Assembly (NCBI GenBank): GCA_977017575.1
Contig: CDRNVI010000056.1
Coordinates: 310,001-374,000, forward strand
From: Paramoeba atlantica
Lineage: Eukaryota > Protista > Discosea
DNA: 64,000 nucleotides
Direction: 5' to 3'
Positions within the stretch are counted from its first letter, which is position 1. Each line of letters begins with the position of its first letter. The position numbers and the translations under genes were made by a program. The notes under the pieces were generated by a model that searched no databases, was not told the origin of the DNA, and worked only from the letters and a program-made list of their open reading frames with translations. Positions 19,893 to 31,114 of this stretch are shown here, piece after piece.

Positions 19893-21448
19893 CAGGGGTG
19901 CAAATCAAATGCTGGGGGGGGTCTAAAATTAGCAATGTTTGCGCAATTTTGGAAAATAATAGCGCATTCGAGAGCTCTCGCAGAGATCTATGTTTTGGCG
20001 CTATTATCACGTTAAAAGAAAACAAATTTGAAAAAGATATTTTTTTTAAAGGTTTTTTACCCCCCTAAAAGTTGCAGATTTTTCAATTTTTGCAGTTTTG
20101 TCCGTGTTTTTTTGTTTTTCAGCTCACTATTATGCCGCAAAAGCGATCCCTCTCTAAGCAAAACAGTAAAAGCTTATCTGATAGATCACATGAACCCCCG
20201 GGGCACACAAAATATTCACACAGGATGCTTCTCGTTAAAGATTACGAGAATACAAACTCCTACAGTGCCACTTGCCAAAGACAAGGCGTCCACGACAGCA
20301 CTGTTAAGTTGTGGGTTAAGCGATTAGAGGAAACCGGGGGTGTTGAACGTGCTACGCCTCCTCGCGAACGCACTGTGACAACGCCGGAGCTTCTTGAGGC
20401 ATGCCGCGAAATTATTGACGCGTCCAACGCGACAAGTGCGCGAGGTTGTCCCTCGTGGAGTTTTATTCTTCGACAGGTTAGGAAAAGGGGTTTCTCCCGC
20501 AGCAGGCCGACCCTAGTAAATTTTTTGAAGGACGAAGGGATGATCCAACGATCTTTTTCTAAAGGCCTGTTCTTAACTGAAGTTCACAAGGCCAAGCGAC
20601 TAACATTTGCACTGAAAATGCAGAAGTGGTCCGTCGCACAGCTTCGTCACATTATTTGGTGTGACGAAAAAAAGTTTACTTGTCAACTTGGGCGCGAAAG
20701 CCGTTCTTACATTTGCCGAGCGAGTGACCCCCCCAAGCCACCCCTAAAAGCTGCGCAAAAATGGTTTGGGGGGGATGGAGCAAACGTTTGGATGGGTATA
20801 AGCCTTATTTATGGAGTTTTTTATCACGTCTTTCCCGACAGGGACAGAAATGGGAAAGTTACGATTACTTCAAATGTTTTTAAAGCAGCTATGACAAAAA
20901 GGGGGGGTTTCTTAAGTTACTTGAAGCGTCATAGCGGTACTAGAGTTGCAATGGATAATGCTCCTTGTCACAATGGCACCTTTAAAACCTTTCGAGAAAA
21001 CCAAGTCTTTGTTTTAGACTTTCCCCCAAAATCTCCAGATCTTAACCCTATTGAAAACATTTGGGACATCATGGACACCTTTATTAAAGATGGTACAAAC
21101 CCAGAAAATAGGACTGTTTTGTATTCTATTGAAAAGGCGGTTGATTACATTAAAACAGATGGTCATGAGATGCTCATAAACACTTTAAACAGCATGCCGC
21201 GGCGTTTCGACATAGTAGTAGAAAAAAAAGGGGTAAGTTGTAATTATTGAACGTACAAAATTTTTCTTTCACTTTTTGCATTTTGACGTTTTTTGGCTTC
21301 TCCTCAGTTGACCACCCCCTTACACCCGGGGAAACCGCCTATCCAAATACATAGATCTCTGCGAGAGCTCTCGAATGCGCTATTATTTTCCAAAATTGCG
21401 CAAACATTGCTAATTTTAGACCCCCCCAGCATCTGATTTGCACCCCTG
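19893..21448 (+). mobile_element. Tc1/mariner (IS630-like) transposon, complete
   Basis: ~100-bp TIRs (19893-19992, 21349-21448) starting CAGGGGTGCAAATC; TA TSD on both sides; intact transposase. Confidence 0.93.
20132..21250 (+). CDS. Tc1-like DDE transposase (DD32E)
   Basis: WCDEKKF, MDNAPCH and PPKSPDLNPIENIW; 32 residues between the second D and the E. Confidence 0.92.
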   Translation: MPQKRSLSKQNSKSLSDRSHEPPGHTKYSHRMLLVKDYENTNSYSATCQRQGVHDSTVKLWVKRLEETGGVERATPPRERTVTTPELLEACREIIDASNATSARGCPSWSFILRQVRKRGFSRSRPTLVNFLKDEGMIQRSFSKGLFLTEVHKAKRLTFALKMQKWSVAQLRHIIWCDEKKFTCQLGRESRSYICRASDPPKPPLKAAQKWFGGDGANVWMGISLIYGVFYHVFPDRDRNGKVTITSNVFKAAMTKRGGFLSYLKRHSGTRVAMDNAPCHNGTFKTFRENQVFVLDFPPKSPDLNPIENIWDIMDTFIKDGTNPENRTVLYSIEKAVDYIKTDGHEMLINTLNSMPRRFDIVVEKKGVSCNY

Positions 21449-21672
21449 TATACGAACTATCACTGAATTTACTTAGGCATTGATTTTACAATTCTAAATT
21501 ATGTATATTATTTTTTGGATATAGTTTTATCTTCTTGTCTTCTGTTTTCAACGTAGAATCTCCTAAAGTACACAACATACAATGCCGACTTGCTTTTCAC
21601 TCCCTGTTCTAGCCACCGCTGACGAAGCTTAAACACGACTTACATCGAAAACGTCGCCGAGAGGACGAATCT

Positions 21673-22473
21673 TTGAGCGCAACTCCGAAGAGCACAATCT
21701 CCCTGTCCTCCAAGAAGTACTCCCGTGGTTCTCTCCTCCCTGTCGAGTATGATTTAGAACGCCTGATTCAAAACATTTCTAATCCCCATCCGAGTTGGAA
21801 GAGTAGTACTCCTGCGTGTGAGTGGAGAGGGATTAAATGCAGCGACTCATTTTCCGAAATTCGGTCATCCGAAAATGCATACGAACAACAAGGAACTTTT
21901 CAAGGAACGACACACTACGGGGAGAGCGCTCCGAAACACAAGCGTACTAAGGCCATTCAAATTGTGACTTCCATTGCGTGGGGGCTTTATGAAATAGAAA
22001 TGTCTCATAATCCCGAAGGACCGCTTCGATGGGAATTTCTTCCGTCTACGTTGTTGTGTTTTCGACTCTCCGGTGCCAGACTCTCGGGAAACGTAAACCT
22101 TGGTGTTCTCCCACGAGGTTTGCAAGTCTTTAATGTGTGTAACAATGATTTGGACGGACCCCTCGACTTACCCGCTCTTCCTCCCAGTATACTTCATCTA
22201 GATTTATCCATGAACAGTTTTCGCGGCACCGTAGAATTGACTCGCTTGCCGAGTGCACTTCTGCGATTGTTTTTATCGGAAAACGTTCTATCGGGGGAGG
22301 TCATTTTTTCGTCCTTGCCTCCGCAATTATCTTGTCTCACGGTGGATCAAAATTCCCGTTTGAGTGGAGTCATACATACGCATCAAGTCCCGCAGTCTTT
22401 GAATTACATACGATACTACGAGTCCGAAGTTGTGTTTATCAATGACAACGATTACAAGGGTGACGCCTTGTAA
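21673..22473 (+). CDS. LRR protein type B (original ATG at 21582 is out of frame through a small deletion)
   Basis: LPVEYDLERL, TPACEWRGIKC and LPxxL LRRs; may be a pseudogene or use a downstream start. Confidence 0.7.
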   Translation: MSATPKSTISLSSKKYSRGSLLPVEYDLERLIQNISNPHPSWKSSTPACEWRGIKCSDSFSEIRSSENAYEQQGTFQGTTHYGESAPKHKRTKAIQIVTSIAWGLYEIEMSHNPEGPLRWEFLPSTLLCFRLSGARLSGNVNLGVLPRGLQVFNVCNNDLDGPLDLPALPPSILHLDLSMNSFRGTVELTRLPSALLRLFLSENVLSGEVIFSSLPPQLSCLTVDQNSRLSGVIHTHQVPQSLNYIRYYESEVVFINDNDYKGDAL

Positions 22474-22959
22474 TCCATGTGACAACTTTTAAGGGGTTCT
22501 ACTTTTGGTCCTAATCCATTAACGTGTTGTTCCCGACATGTTGTGTCGACTAATTATCCAACGGCTAGCTAGTTGTGTCGACTAATTATCCAACTGTAGC
22601 CTAGAAAAACGTCTTCCCGAAGAGAACCTTGAAAAGTTAAGCTAGTCAACATTCCCCGTCCCGGAACTTTAAACTGGACTGCGGTTTATTCCTTAGTTCC
22701 TGTCAAATACAACATACAGTTTTTTCAGTTGATATTGCTCCCCCTCCCGAGGAATTTTTGATTTTTGATTGGTCGATATTAATGAATTTATTGAAATGTT
22801 GATGTCAAAAGATACGTTAATGTTGAATTCCTGTCGCAGGCTTATAAAAGAGCAGTTCAAAAGGCTTATAAAAGAGCAGTTCATTGATAGGTGGAAAGAA
22901 AATTATTGCTTTTTTGTAGGCGATCCCCCTTATCAAGTCTTACCAAACCTTTCTTTTTC

Positions 22960-24253
22960 CCCTCCATCCCCTCTCCCCCCAAAAGCAAACAACAGCAATA
23001 TCAGTAAGCATCACTTTTTTCAGAATGTTGCACAAGAACATTTTCTTACCTTTTCTTTTTTTACTTCGTTACCCTCTTCTCCCCCATGGGCCTCCTCCTC
23101 ACCAAACTCCGCTCCCTCTTCTCCCGCACCCAGAAACTCGAGATCTGTCTCGTCGGGCTCGAGAACAGCGGCAAGACCACCCTGCTCCGTGTCCTCTCAA
23201 GTGAAAAGGACAGCGGATTCGGAATGGTTGGGTCGAAAAACGGTGGTAGGCAAAATATTTCGAAAATCGGACAAAAATACGAGGCCGGTAGGGGTGACAT
23301 GTCGCAGAACACCACTGTAGTTCAGTAGGTTACTTAAAACAATGGACTCGAAAAACAACAGCAATGTCCATAAAAAACACTTTTTTCAGCATTTTATACA
23401 CCACTATTTTCTTACCTTTTCCTTTTATCCTTACCCCACCTTTCTTCCTCCCCTCCCTCCCTCCCCTCTTCTCCCCCATGGGCCTCCTCCTCACCAAACT
23501 CCGCTCCCTCTTCTCCCGCACCCAGAAACTCGAGATCTGTCTCGTCGGGCTCGAGAACAGCGGCAAGACCACCCTGCTCCACGTGCTCTCAAGTGAAAAG
23601 GACAGCGGATTCGGAACGGTTGGGTCGAAAAACGGTGGTAGGCAAAAGATTTCGAAAATCGGACAAAAATACGAGGCCGGTAGGGGTGACATGTCGCAGA
23701 ACACCACTGTAGTTCAGTAGGTAACTTAGAACAATGGACTCGAAAAACAACAGCAATGTCAATAAAAAACACCTTTTTCAGCACTTTGTCCACCACTATT
23801 TTCTTACCTTTTCCTTTTATCCTTACCCCACCTTTCTTCCTCCCCTCCCTCCCTCCCCTCTTCTCCCCCATGGGCCTCCTCCTCACCAAACTCCGCTCCC
23901 TCTTCTCCCGCACCCAGAAACTCAAGATCCGTCTCGTCGGGCTCGAGAACAGCGGCAAGACCACCCTGCTCCGTGTCCTCTCAAGTGAAAAGGACAGCGG
24001 ATTCGGAATCGTTGGGTCGGAAAACGGTGGTAGGCAAAATATTTCGAAAATCGGACAAAACTACGAGGCCGGTAGGGGTGACATGTCGCAGAACACCACT
24101 GTAGTTCAGTAGGTAACTTAGAACAATGGACTCGAAAAACAACAGCAATGTCCATAAAAAACACCTTTTTCAGCACTTTGTCCACCACTATTTTCTTACC
24201 TTTTCCTTTTATCCTTACCCCACCTTTCTTCCTCCCCTCCCCTCTTCTCCCCC
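22960..24253 (+). repeat. Tandem ~392-bp duplications of the Arf-like gene upstream region plus first ~36 codons
   Basis: Three truncated units encode MGLLLTKLRSLFSRTQKLEICLVGLENSGKTTLL followed by the same unrelated tail. Confidence 0.9.
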
Positions 24254-24793
24254 ATGGGCCTCCTCCTCACCAAACTCCGCTCCCTCTTCTCCCGCACCCA
24301 GAAACTCGAGATCTGTCTCGTCGGGCTCGAGAACAGCGGCAAGACGACCCTGCTCCACGTGCTCTCGCTGGGGCACGCCGTCGAGACCTTCCCCACCATC
24401 GGGCTCAATGTCAAGATGGTCCACAAGGAGGGGGTGAAGATGAAAGTGTGGGACCTCGGGGGGCAGGAGCGGTTCCGCCCCGAGTGGGTGCGGTACGCCC
24501 ACGGGTGTGACTGCGTGATCTTCTGTGTGGACGCCCACGACAGCGCCCGGCTCGGGGTCGCGCGCCGGGAGCTGCACCGACTGTTGGAGGATCGCCTGCT
24601 CCACGGGGTGCCGCTGCTGATTTGTTTGAATAAAATCGACCTGGAGCCGCATGTGGGGAAGGAGGAGGCGGTGCGGGAGTTGAATTTGGATTACATTACG
24701 GAGAATCCGTGGGTGGTGGCGTCGATTAGTGCTTTGCGGCATACCAATGTGGTGCAGGTGGTGGATTGGTTGGTGAGTCACTCGCATGCGTAG
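24254..24793 (+). CDS. Arf-like small GTPase (ARL8/Arl18-like)
   Basis: MG N-terminus, G1 GLENSGKT, PTIG, G3 WDLGGQ, G4 NKID, SAL. Confidence 0.93.
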   Translation: MGLLLTKLRSLFSRTQKLEICLVGLENSGKTTLLHVLSLGHAVETFPTIGLNVKMVHKEGVKMKVWDLGGQERFRPEWVRYAHGCDCVIFCVDAHDSARLGVARRELHRLLEDRLLHGVPLLICLNKIDLEPHVGKEEAVRELNLDYITENPWVVASISALRHTNVVQVVDWLVSHSHA

Positions 24794-25032
24794 GGAAAGA
24801 AACAAACGGGTGATGTTTGGGGGAAAAGAACAGAGGCTTGTTGTTGGGATACCGTAAAAGGTATTCTCTACGTACATGGGTTCTGTTTTCTCCCCATTTT
24901 TTCTATGGTGGTTGCCATCCTTTGAGTGAACGTTGTCACTACACGTTTCTTTGGAAATGGTTTCTTGGTTCCACCTCACCTCTTTTTTTCCTTTAAATTG
25001 ACATTCCTTTTCCTCTTTTTATCCTGTCTGCC

Positions 25033-26100
25033 ATGAAACCCACCCTATCTCGCGCCTTCCCTCGCTTCCCCTCCCCTTCCCCCACCGTCTTTTCCCCCCC
25101 AACAATGCGTCTCCCCTCTCCTCTCACACGCCTTTCCCCTTCCCTCCCCCCCAACCGTTTCTTCCCCGCTCTCTCCTCCCTCCCCTCCACGACCCAACCC
25201 CAACGCCCCTCCCCCACAACCCCCCTCCCCCCAGCCTCCCGACCCCAAATCTTCGTCTCTCCCCCCCGCTTCTTCCCCCACCCCTCCCCCCTCCGACCCA
25301 AACCCTCCCCTCTCTTCACCTCCCCCACCCGAGCCCTCTCCGCCTCCCCCTCTCCCCTTTTCCTCCGTTTCCCCAACACCGAACCCCACCGTGAGCTTCA
25401 AAATATCTATTCCCCCGTGAGTAGTAGCAGCAGCCGTAGCCGTTCTTCTCCGTATGACGACAACAACAACGACCTCCCCCCCCACCTCCGCTCCCACCTC
25501 ACCCGGGTCTACCTCCTACTCGCCTCCGGGGTCCTGGCCTCCGCCCTCGGGGCCGCCCTGATGCTCTTCACCCCGCTGTCGAAAGCCCTCCCCTTCTACC
25601 TCCCCCTGCTCGGGGCCTTTGTCCCGCTTCTCTGGCTCAGCTTCGCCCCCCCCGCGAACCCGAACCTCAAACTCGCGCTGTTCTTTCTCTTCTGCGGGCT
25701 GGAGGGGATGGGGCTGGCCCCGGTCGTGGGGGTCTCCGCGGCCAGCGGGGTGTTGTTCTCTGCGCTGTTTTTAACGTTTGCGGTTTTTGCGGGGTTCAGT
25801 GCGGCCGCGTTCCTGGCCCCCCAGGGAGGGTTGTTAGCGTTCCAGGGCCCGCTGTTTGCGATGCTGCTGGGGTTTGTCGGGTTGTCGTTTCTGCAGCTGG
25901 CTTGGCCGAGCGCGTTTGCGCACTCGTTGTTGCTGTATGGGGGACTGGGGTTGTTTAGCGCGCTGGTGGCGGTGGATACGCAGGCGATGATGGAGAGGGC
26001 ACGGTGTGGGGTGGGGGATGCGGTGCAGGATGCGATGGGGTTGTTTTTGAATATGGTGAATATTTTTGTGAGGTTGAGTCAGATTTTGAGAGGGGATTGA
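25033..26100 (+). CDS. Bax inhibitor-1 (TMBIM) family membrane protein with S/P/R-rich N-terminal extension
   Basis: HLTRVY..., multiple TM helices, DTQAMMERA...DAMGLFLNMVNIFVRL. The start may be downstream (25084). Confidence 0.88.
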   Translation: MKPTLSRAFPRFPSPSPTVFSPPTMRLPSPLTRLSPSLPPNRFFPALSSLPSTTQPQRPSPTTPLPPASRPQIFVSPPRFFPHPSPLRPKPSPLFTSPTRALSASPSPLFLRFPNTEPHRELQNIYSPVSSSSSRSRSSPYDDNNNDLPPHLRSHLTRVYLLLASGVLASALGAALMLFTPLSKALPFYLPLLGAFVPLLWLSFAPPANPNLKLALFFLFCGLEGMGLAPVVGVSAASGVLFSALFLTFAVFAGFSAAAFLAPQGGLLAFQGPLFAMLLGFVGLSFLQLAWPSAFAHSLLLYGGLGLFSALVAVDTQAMMERARCGVGDAVQDAMGLFLNMVNIFVRLSQILRGD

Positions 26101-26378
26101 GGGGGGAGGGGGGGTTGTGGTGAATCCATGTGGGGGGATAGTGATTCATGTTAAAAAGGTGGGGATAAGAGAGAAAAAGGGTAAGCGCTTTTGTTGGATA
26201 CTCATGTTTTTTGTCGCTCCCGGCATTTCGTTTTCAGCAGATTGGAGTACATGGGGTGTTGTAAAGTGTGGGATGATTTATAACGCTTCGTGTTGTACAT
26301 TTTGTAGATTGGCTAGCCAACGGATCCGCATTTCACTTTTACGCGAAAGGGTAGGCAAGCCATGTTCTTGTTTTCTTT

Positions 26379-28926
26379 CAGGGGAAAACTTTAAAAACTT
26401 TATTATAGTACTTTTATAGTACTATAAACTTTTAAATACTATATACAAAAAAAGGCGGCAAATGAAAAAAAGGCGGCAAGGTTCTTCGCTAGGGGAACGA
26501 GATCTCTTGAATGCTGCAAAAATTAGAAAAAAAGGATAAAAAAAATGGCATTTGCCAGGCCAGGGGCACACTTCTGTCCATGGGTGTATAAAACCTTATT
26601 TTTTTTTGTTCTCAGAAATGCCAAATAAGCGACGGAACGACGAAAGCCAGGCGGAATTTGTTGCTTCACACTTTGTTAAAATTAGTGATACGAACAATTT
26701 CGAATGCCAAGTCTGCGAAGTAGGCGCGAAAAGAACCTTTTTTTGCGAAAAGGGGATTCGTGTCTCCTACTCCTCGGCACTCACGCACTTGAAAAAAAGT
26801 CATAACCTAAATTTTGAGGAGTGGTTACAAAGCACTCAGCGCCAAAAACGTGTGGAACAAGGATCTTTGGATGCCTTCACCGTGAGACCACAATTATAGG
26901 AATTTGAGCGACTCCTCCTTTGGAAAAGCGATCATGGGGTTAGCAATGCTGCTTTGCAAGACCCAAACCTTAAGTGGCTTCTTACAAAGGGACTGCGCTG
27001 CGTCCCTGGGGAAAGATTAACAACTTACTCATTGATCTGAAGGATAAGTTGCGGTTGGAAATGTGTGCTCACGTGCGTGGCAGTTTTGTTAGCATGGCTA
27101 TGGACTCGGGTACGATTCATGGAAGAACTACGTCTGCCATATGCATTTTGCACGATGGGCAGGCTTTTACATGGAACGTAGTAGAAATGGTGGATGGCTG
27201 TACTGCTAGTGCATATAACGCGCTCCTTGGTACCGTAGTGTCCGAGCTGAAGCAAATGCATGTTACTGTGGTGCACATCGTATCCGGCGCTGGTTCTGCG
27301 ATCAAAAAAGCCGTGCGGGAGTTTACGAAAGCAGGCAACATGATTGGGAGCCTATCCACGGCTCACGCATTGCAATTGGTAATGGAGCAAGTCTTGACTC
27401 TAGGAAAAAAAGATGATATCCTTGAAATAGCTTCTCGTTGTCCTACGTTTCGAGCTCCAGTACCCACCAGGTGGTGGTCCTCGCTAAATGAAGTGCAGCA
27501 AGTAATAAAATGTTCCAACTGGAATGATTACACCCAAAAAGGTATCTTGCAGGAGTGGGACAAACGGTTTGAAATGTACCAGGTCGTGGGTCGGCTGTTA
27601 GAAAGAAACGACTGTACTATTGGCGCTGCGCTCCGACTATGGTTAGCTCTCACAGCCAAAGCAGAAGAAGGCCACAAAGTTCACTTGAATGATCGTCTTA
27701 TTCGCGTGATGTCCGCGCATTTGCTTTGCGGAGTTCTGTCGCCTGCAGTGAAGTGGGGGACAATATCTACTTCGATTAAAAAACGTCTTCATGAGACTTG
27801 TGTGCCACTCGTTCTCTCGCTCAGTTCCGATATGCCAAGTGTGACGCACAGTAGTATTTGGTCCGAATTTAATAGTTGGTTCCTGGATAGTTGTTTATTG
27901 GATGAACGCGCTATGGTTCGCAGTGCTCAAGGAAAAAGTGCTTTCGCCGGATTTTGGGGGAACTTTGTTGTTGTGGACAAAGTGCCTCACTTGGCACATG
28001 CTGCTCAAAAGGTTGCTGTAGCATGCGCCTCTGAAGCTGCGTGTGAACGACTTTTCAGTTCGACGTCTTTTATCCATAGTGATCTGCGGGCTCGCCTGAG
28101 GCAAGACTTGGTTGAAGCAGAATCAGCCATACGATGTCGGGTTAAATCTACGATCGATATATCGAAAGTCGAAACCGGTGAAACTGGGGATAATACTGGC
28201 TGCCCGTTCTTTTCTCTTTTATTTAACGATTGTATGTCCTCAAGCGAAGTTGAACAGATCGAATCACTCTACGACGCAGGAGACATGTGCGCCCACATGG
28301 CCTTGACAAATCGCCCATTTTGCGTACGTCATAACGGCACGACATATTACAATGCCAGAGTTGTTCGCTACGGCAACAATCAATTAAAGGAAATAAAATG
28401 CACAGAAAGTCAATCTTCCAATTCGCGGCAGGTTTCTCTGGTAGTCGCATCCATTTATGGTGATTTCACCGTTGCTTCATATCAGGAATGATCTTATGTT
28501 GAATTCGAAAGATGTTATTGGATTGGAAGATACGATTCATCATGGGCTTTTTTAAACGATACACACGTGGGTTTTTTCCGCCGGTTCTTCCCATTCGCCT
28601 TGTTTTTTCCTTGTTTCCTTGTTTTGTTAAATATACATTGTATGTATTTACATGTTTTGATTTCTTTCCACTTTTTATTGCGCGCTATTTTTTTATAACG
28701 TATTGTCAAACGCATGCTAGACAGAAGCGCAAGTGCTTAATGTGCACTTGTCATAATCACCGCATTTATACACGGGGGGAGAAGAGTAGGAAAATAAATA
28801 AAGTTTTTCAAACACTTTAAAGTATTTATAGTACTATAAATGGCATTTATAGTACTATAATTTTTTTTTGAAATACTATAAACTATATGAACTATAAAAA
28901 ACTATATAAAGTTCTAGGGACCCCTG
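26379..28926 (+). mobile_element. hAT transposon (transposase with one stop and one frameshift)
   Basis: CAGGGG termini; 8-bp TSD TTTTCTTT (26371-26378, 28927-28934); ACTATA subterminal repeats; BED finger, AMDSGT, TRWWS and ACERLFS dimerisation motif. Confidence 0.9.
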
Positions 28927-29158
28927 TTTTCTTTCTTTGCAGTATGTTCGCACGTTTGAACCTTATAAAGTTTGGAGAAATGCAACGAAACGCATGTGAA
29001 TGCAGCTCAACAAACTTGAAAAACTAAAAAAGAATAATCAAGAGGAATATAGTAAGTGACAAGCTCTTTCATTGTACTCTTCTCAATATCCAAAAGTGTG
29101 TCTCTACTGTGTGGGTTTTTCTTTTCTTTTAATCTTTTTCTGTTGTACCCTTTCCGAA

Positions 29159-30028
29159 ATGGATTCAGCTTCGTTGATGGAGCCTTCTCCCAAGAAACGC
29201 AAGGCAACCCCTCAAGACAGCGCCAATCGGATTCCTTCCAATACTTCAATCGTCTCCTCAACTCTTGGTAAAGTCCGCAGCGCTTCGTTACCCCAAGAAT
29301 ACGAGCTCGCACGATTTGTTCAGGACGTTGAACTAAACAGTGAATTTCAGAAAACCTGGAGCACGCATGTTCCAGCCTGTCAGTGGGCTCATGTTTCCTG
29401 CGAACCTAACACTCATCAGGTAGAAATGCTTTTGTGGGAAGCATTATCACTTTCCGGTACCCTACACTGGAAATATATGCCGACCTCCCTCTCCGTCGTC
29501 GATCTTTCTATCAATGAGTTTAACGGGAAAGTTGCATTCTCGTTATTAGCCCCTGAACTAACAGAAATTTACTTTACTCAGAATCATTTTGAGGGAGGCT
29601 TAAAATTGAAATCATTGCCTGCGTCAACCAAGCACTTTTGCGCCTCTTACAATGCTTTTTCGGGTGGTATTTCTTTGAGCAATCTTCCACAAGAATTGCG
29701 TACTCTGTCATTGGAACGCAATCAACTTACCGGTGAAGTCGATTTTTGTCACCTTCCACGTTATCTGAAATCGCTTGACCTCAGTGGCAATTTGTTTGAG
29801 GGAACACTCGACATAAATCACCTTTCATCTTCGTTGAAAATACTTTTTCTTGGTCTAAATAATTTCAGTGGTCGTGTTGATGTGAACTGTCTTCGCGTGG
29901 AAAAATTGACTGTTGACTCTGCAATCGGCCTTGATGGCCTTGAGCAAAGCAGATACCGTTTGGAAAATTTTATACTTGCAACAACCGGTGCTCCTATGAG
30001 TACACTGCACAGACTTCACAGCAATTAA
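29159..30028 (+). CDS. LRR protein (same family)
   Basis: KVRSASLPQEYELARF, PACQW and LPxxL LRRs; N-terminal PKKRK. Confidence 0.85.
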   Translation: MDSASLMEPSPKKRKATPQDSANRIPSNTSIVSSTLGKVRSASLPQEYELARFVQDVELNSEFQKTWSTHVPACQWAHVSCEPNTHQVEMLLWEALSLSGTLHWKYMPTSLSVVDLSINEFNGKVAFSLLAPELTEIYFTQNHFEGGLKLKSLPASTKHFCASYNAFSGGISLSNLPQELRTLSLERNQLTGEVDFCHLPRYLKSLDLSGNLFEGTLDINHLSSSLKILFLGLNNFSGRVDVNCLRVEKLTVDSAIGLDGLEQSRYRLENFILATTGAPMSTLHRLHSN

Positions 30029-30409
30029 AGATACCCTTTAGAAACGTCTCCTGTCTTTAAATCCTCTCTTTTTTGAGTTTTTTTACTCCTTTCTTTTGGG
30101 TTTTTTCCAATTCTTTTCTTGCTTATGCCTTTTTCGTCTCCTTTTTATTTCAGCTATATCTCCCTTCCAGATCTTCACCAACTATTTTTGCTTTTCTTTG
30201 CTATTATATTTTTTCTAGATTGCCTCCTTTTTTCGAGTATACATACAGTATAGTTGAAGAAACCCCAGTTTTGCATCAAAGTTTGTCTCTCTTTTACAAG
30301 AAACAACACATTCAGAAACCTTTTTCTTTTTAAACCTTTTTCTTTTTAAACCTTTTTCTTTTGCCCTCTTGCCTTTCTTCTTCCCTCTCCCCTCCCCCCC
30401 CCTCTCCTA

Positions 30410-31114
30410 CCCTGTGTACCTAATGTCATTCAATATCCATTGTAAAGTTTTAGTAAGTGAAACGCAGATCTTTAGAGGATAAACACTCTGAAAAATTTAC
30501 TTTCCACAACATTTTTTCATCTTTTTGCCCCATATTCTCAAATCGTACTCCATTTTACCCCCTTAGACCCCATTCCCACTCTCCTACCTGTCCATTCCTT
30601 ACCCCTCTACCATTTTATTTTCACCTCTAACACCAACCTCTCAACCTTTACTCTACCCAAAAGATCTACTCTTTTTTAACTCTCCACCACTTTCTTCACC
30701 TACGCTATCCGATCACAACACCCCCTATCCGATACACCCCCCTATCTACATCTACCCCCCCCCCCATGTCCTCCCTCCTCCGCTCCCTCCTCTCCCTTCT
30801 CACCCCTACCCCACCCCCAGGCGCCCCTACAGCCCCCCCCCACCCCCTCCCCCTCTTACCCCTTGTACCTACAAATGCCATTCAATATTCACTGTCTTCT
30901 TCTGTGCTTCTTCTTCTTCTTCTTCTTCCTCTTCCTCTTCAATATCCACTGTAGTAAGTGAAACGCAGATCAGAGGATAAATACTCTGAAAGCTTTACTT
31001 TCCACAACATTTTTTCACACTTTTTCCCCATATTCTCAAATCGTACTCCATTTTACGCCTTAGACTCCATTCGGACTCTCCCCCTCCCGATCTATCTACA
31101 TCTACCCCCCCCCC
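30410..31114 (+). repeat. Degenerate duplications of the Snf7 upstream region and first codons
   Basis: 30700-30850 repeats ATGTCCTCCCTCCTCCGC...CCCCCCCACCCC; an older copy of the upstream region lies at 30410-30660. Confidence 0.75.

Noticed and set aside
22769-22815. Calmodulin-like C-terminus (VDINEFIEMLMSK)
   Set aside because: Only ~13 aa with an in-frame stop just upstream and no other EF-hand; probably chance.
26897-26899. Stop-codon reassignment to explain in-frame TAG/TAA in hAT, gag-like and IS30 copy 2
   Set aside because: Intact host genes end in TAG or TGA and contain no internal stops, and the affected ORFs are mobile-element remnants, the hAT and IS30 ones with frameshifts too.
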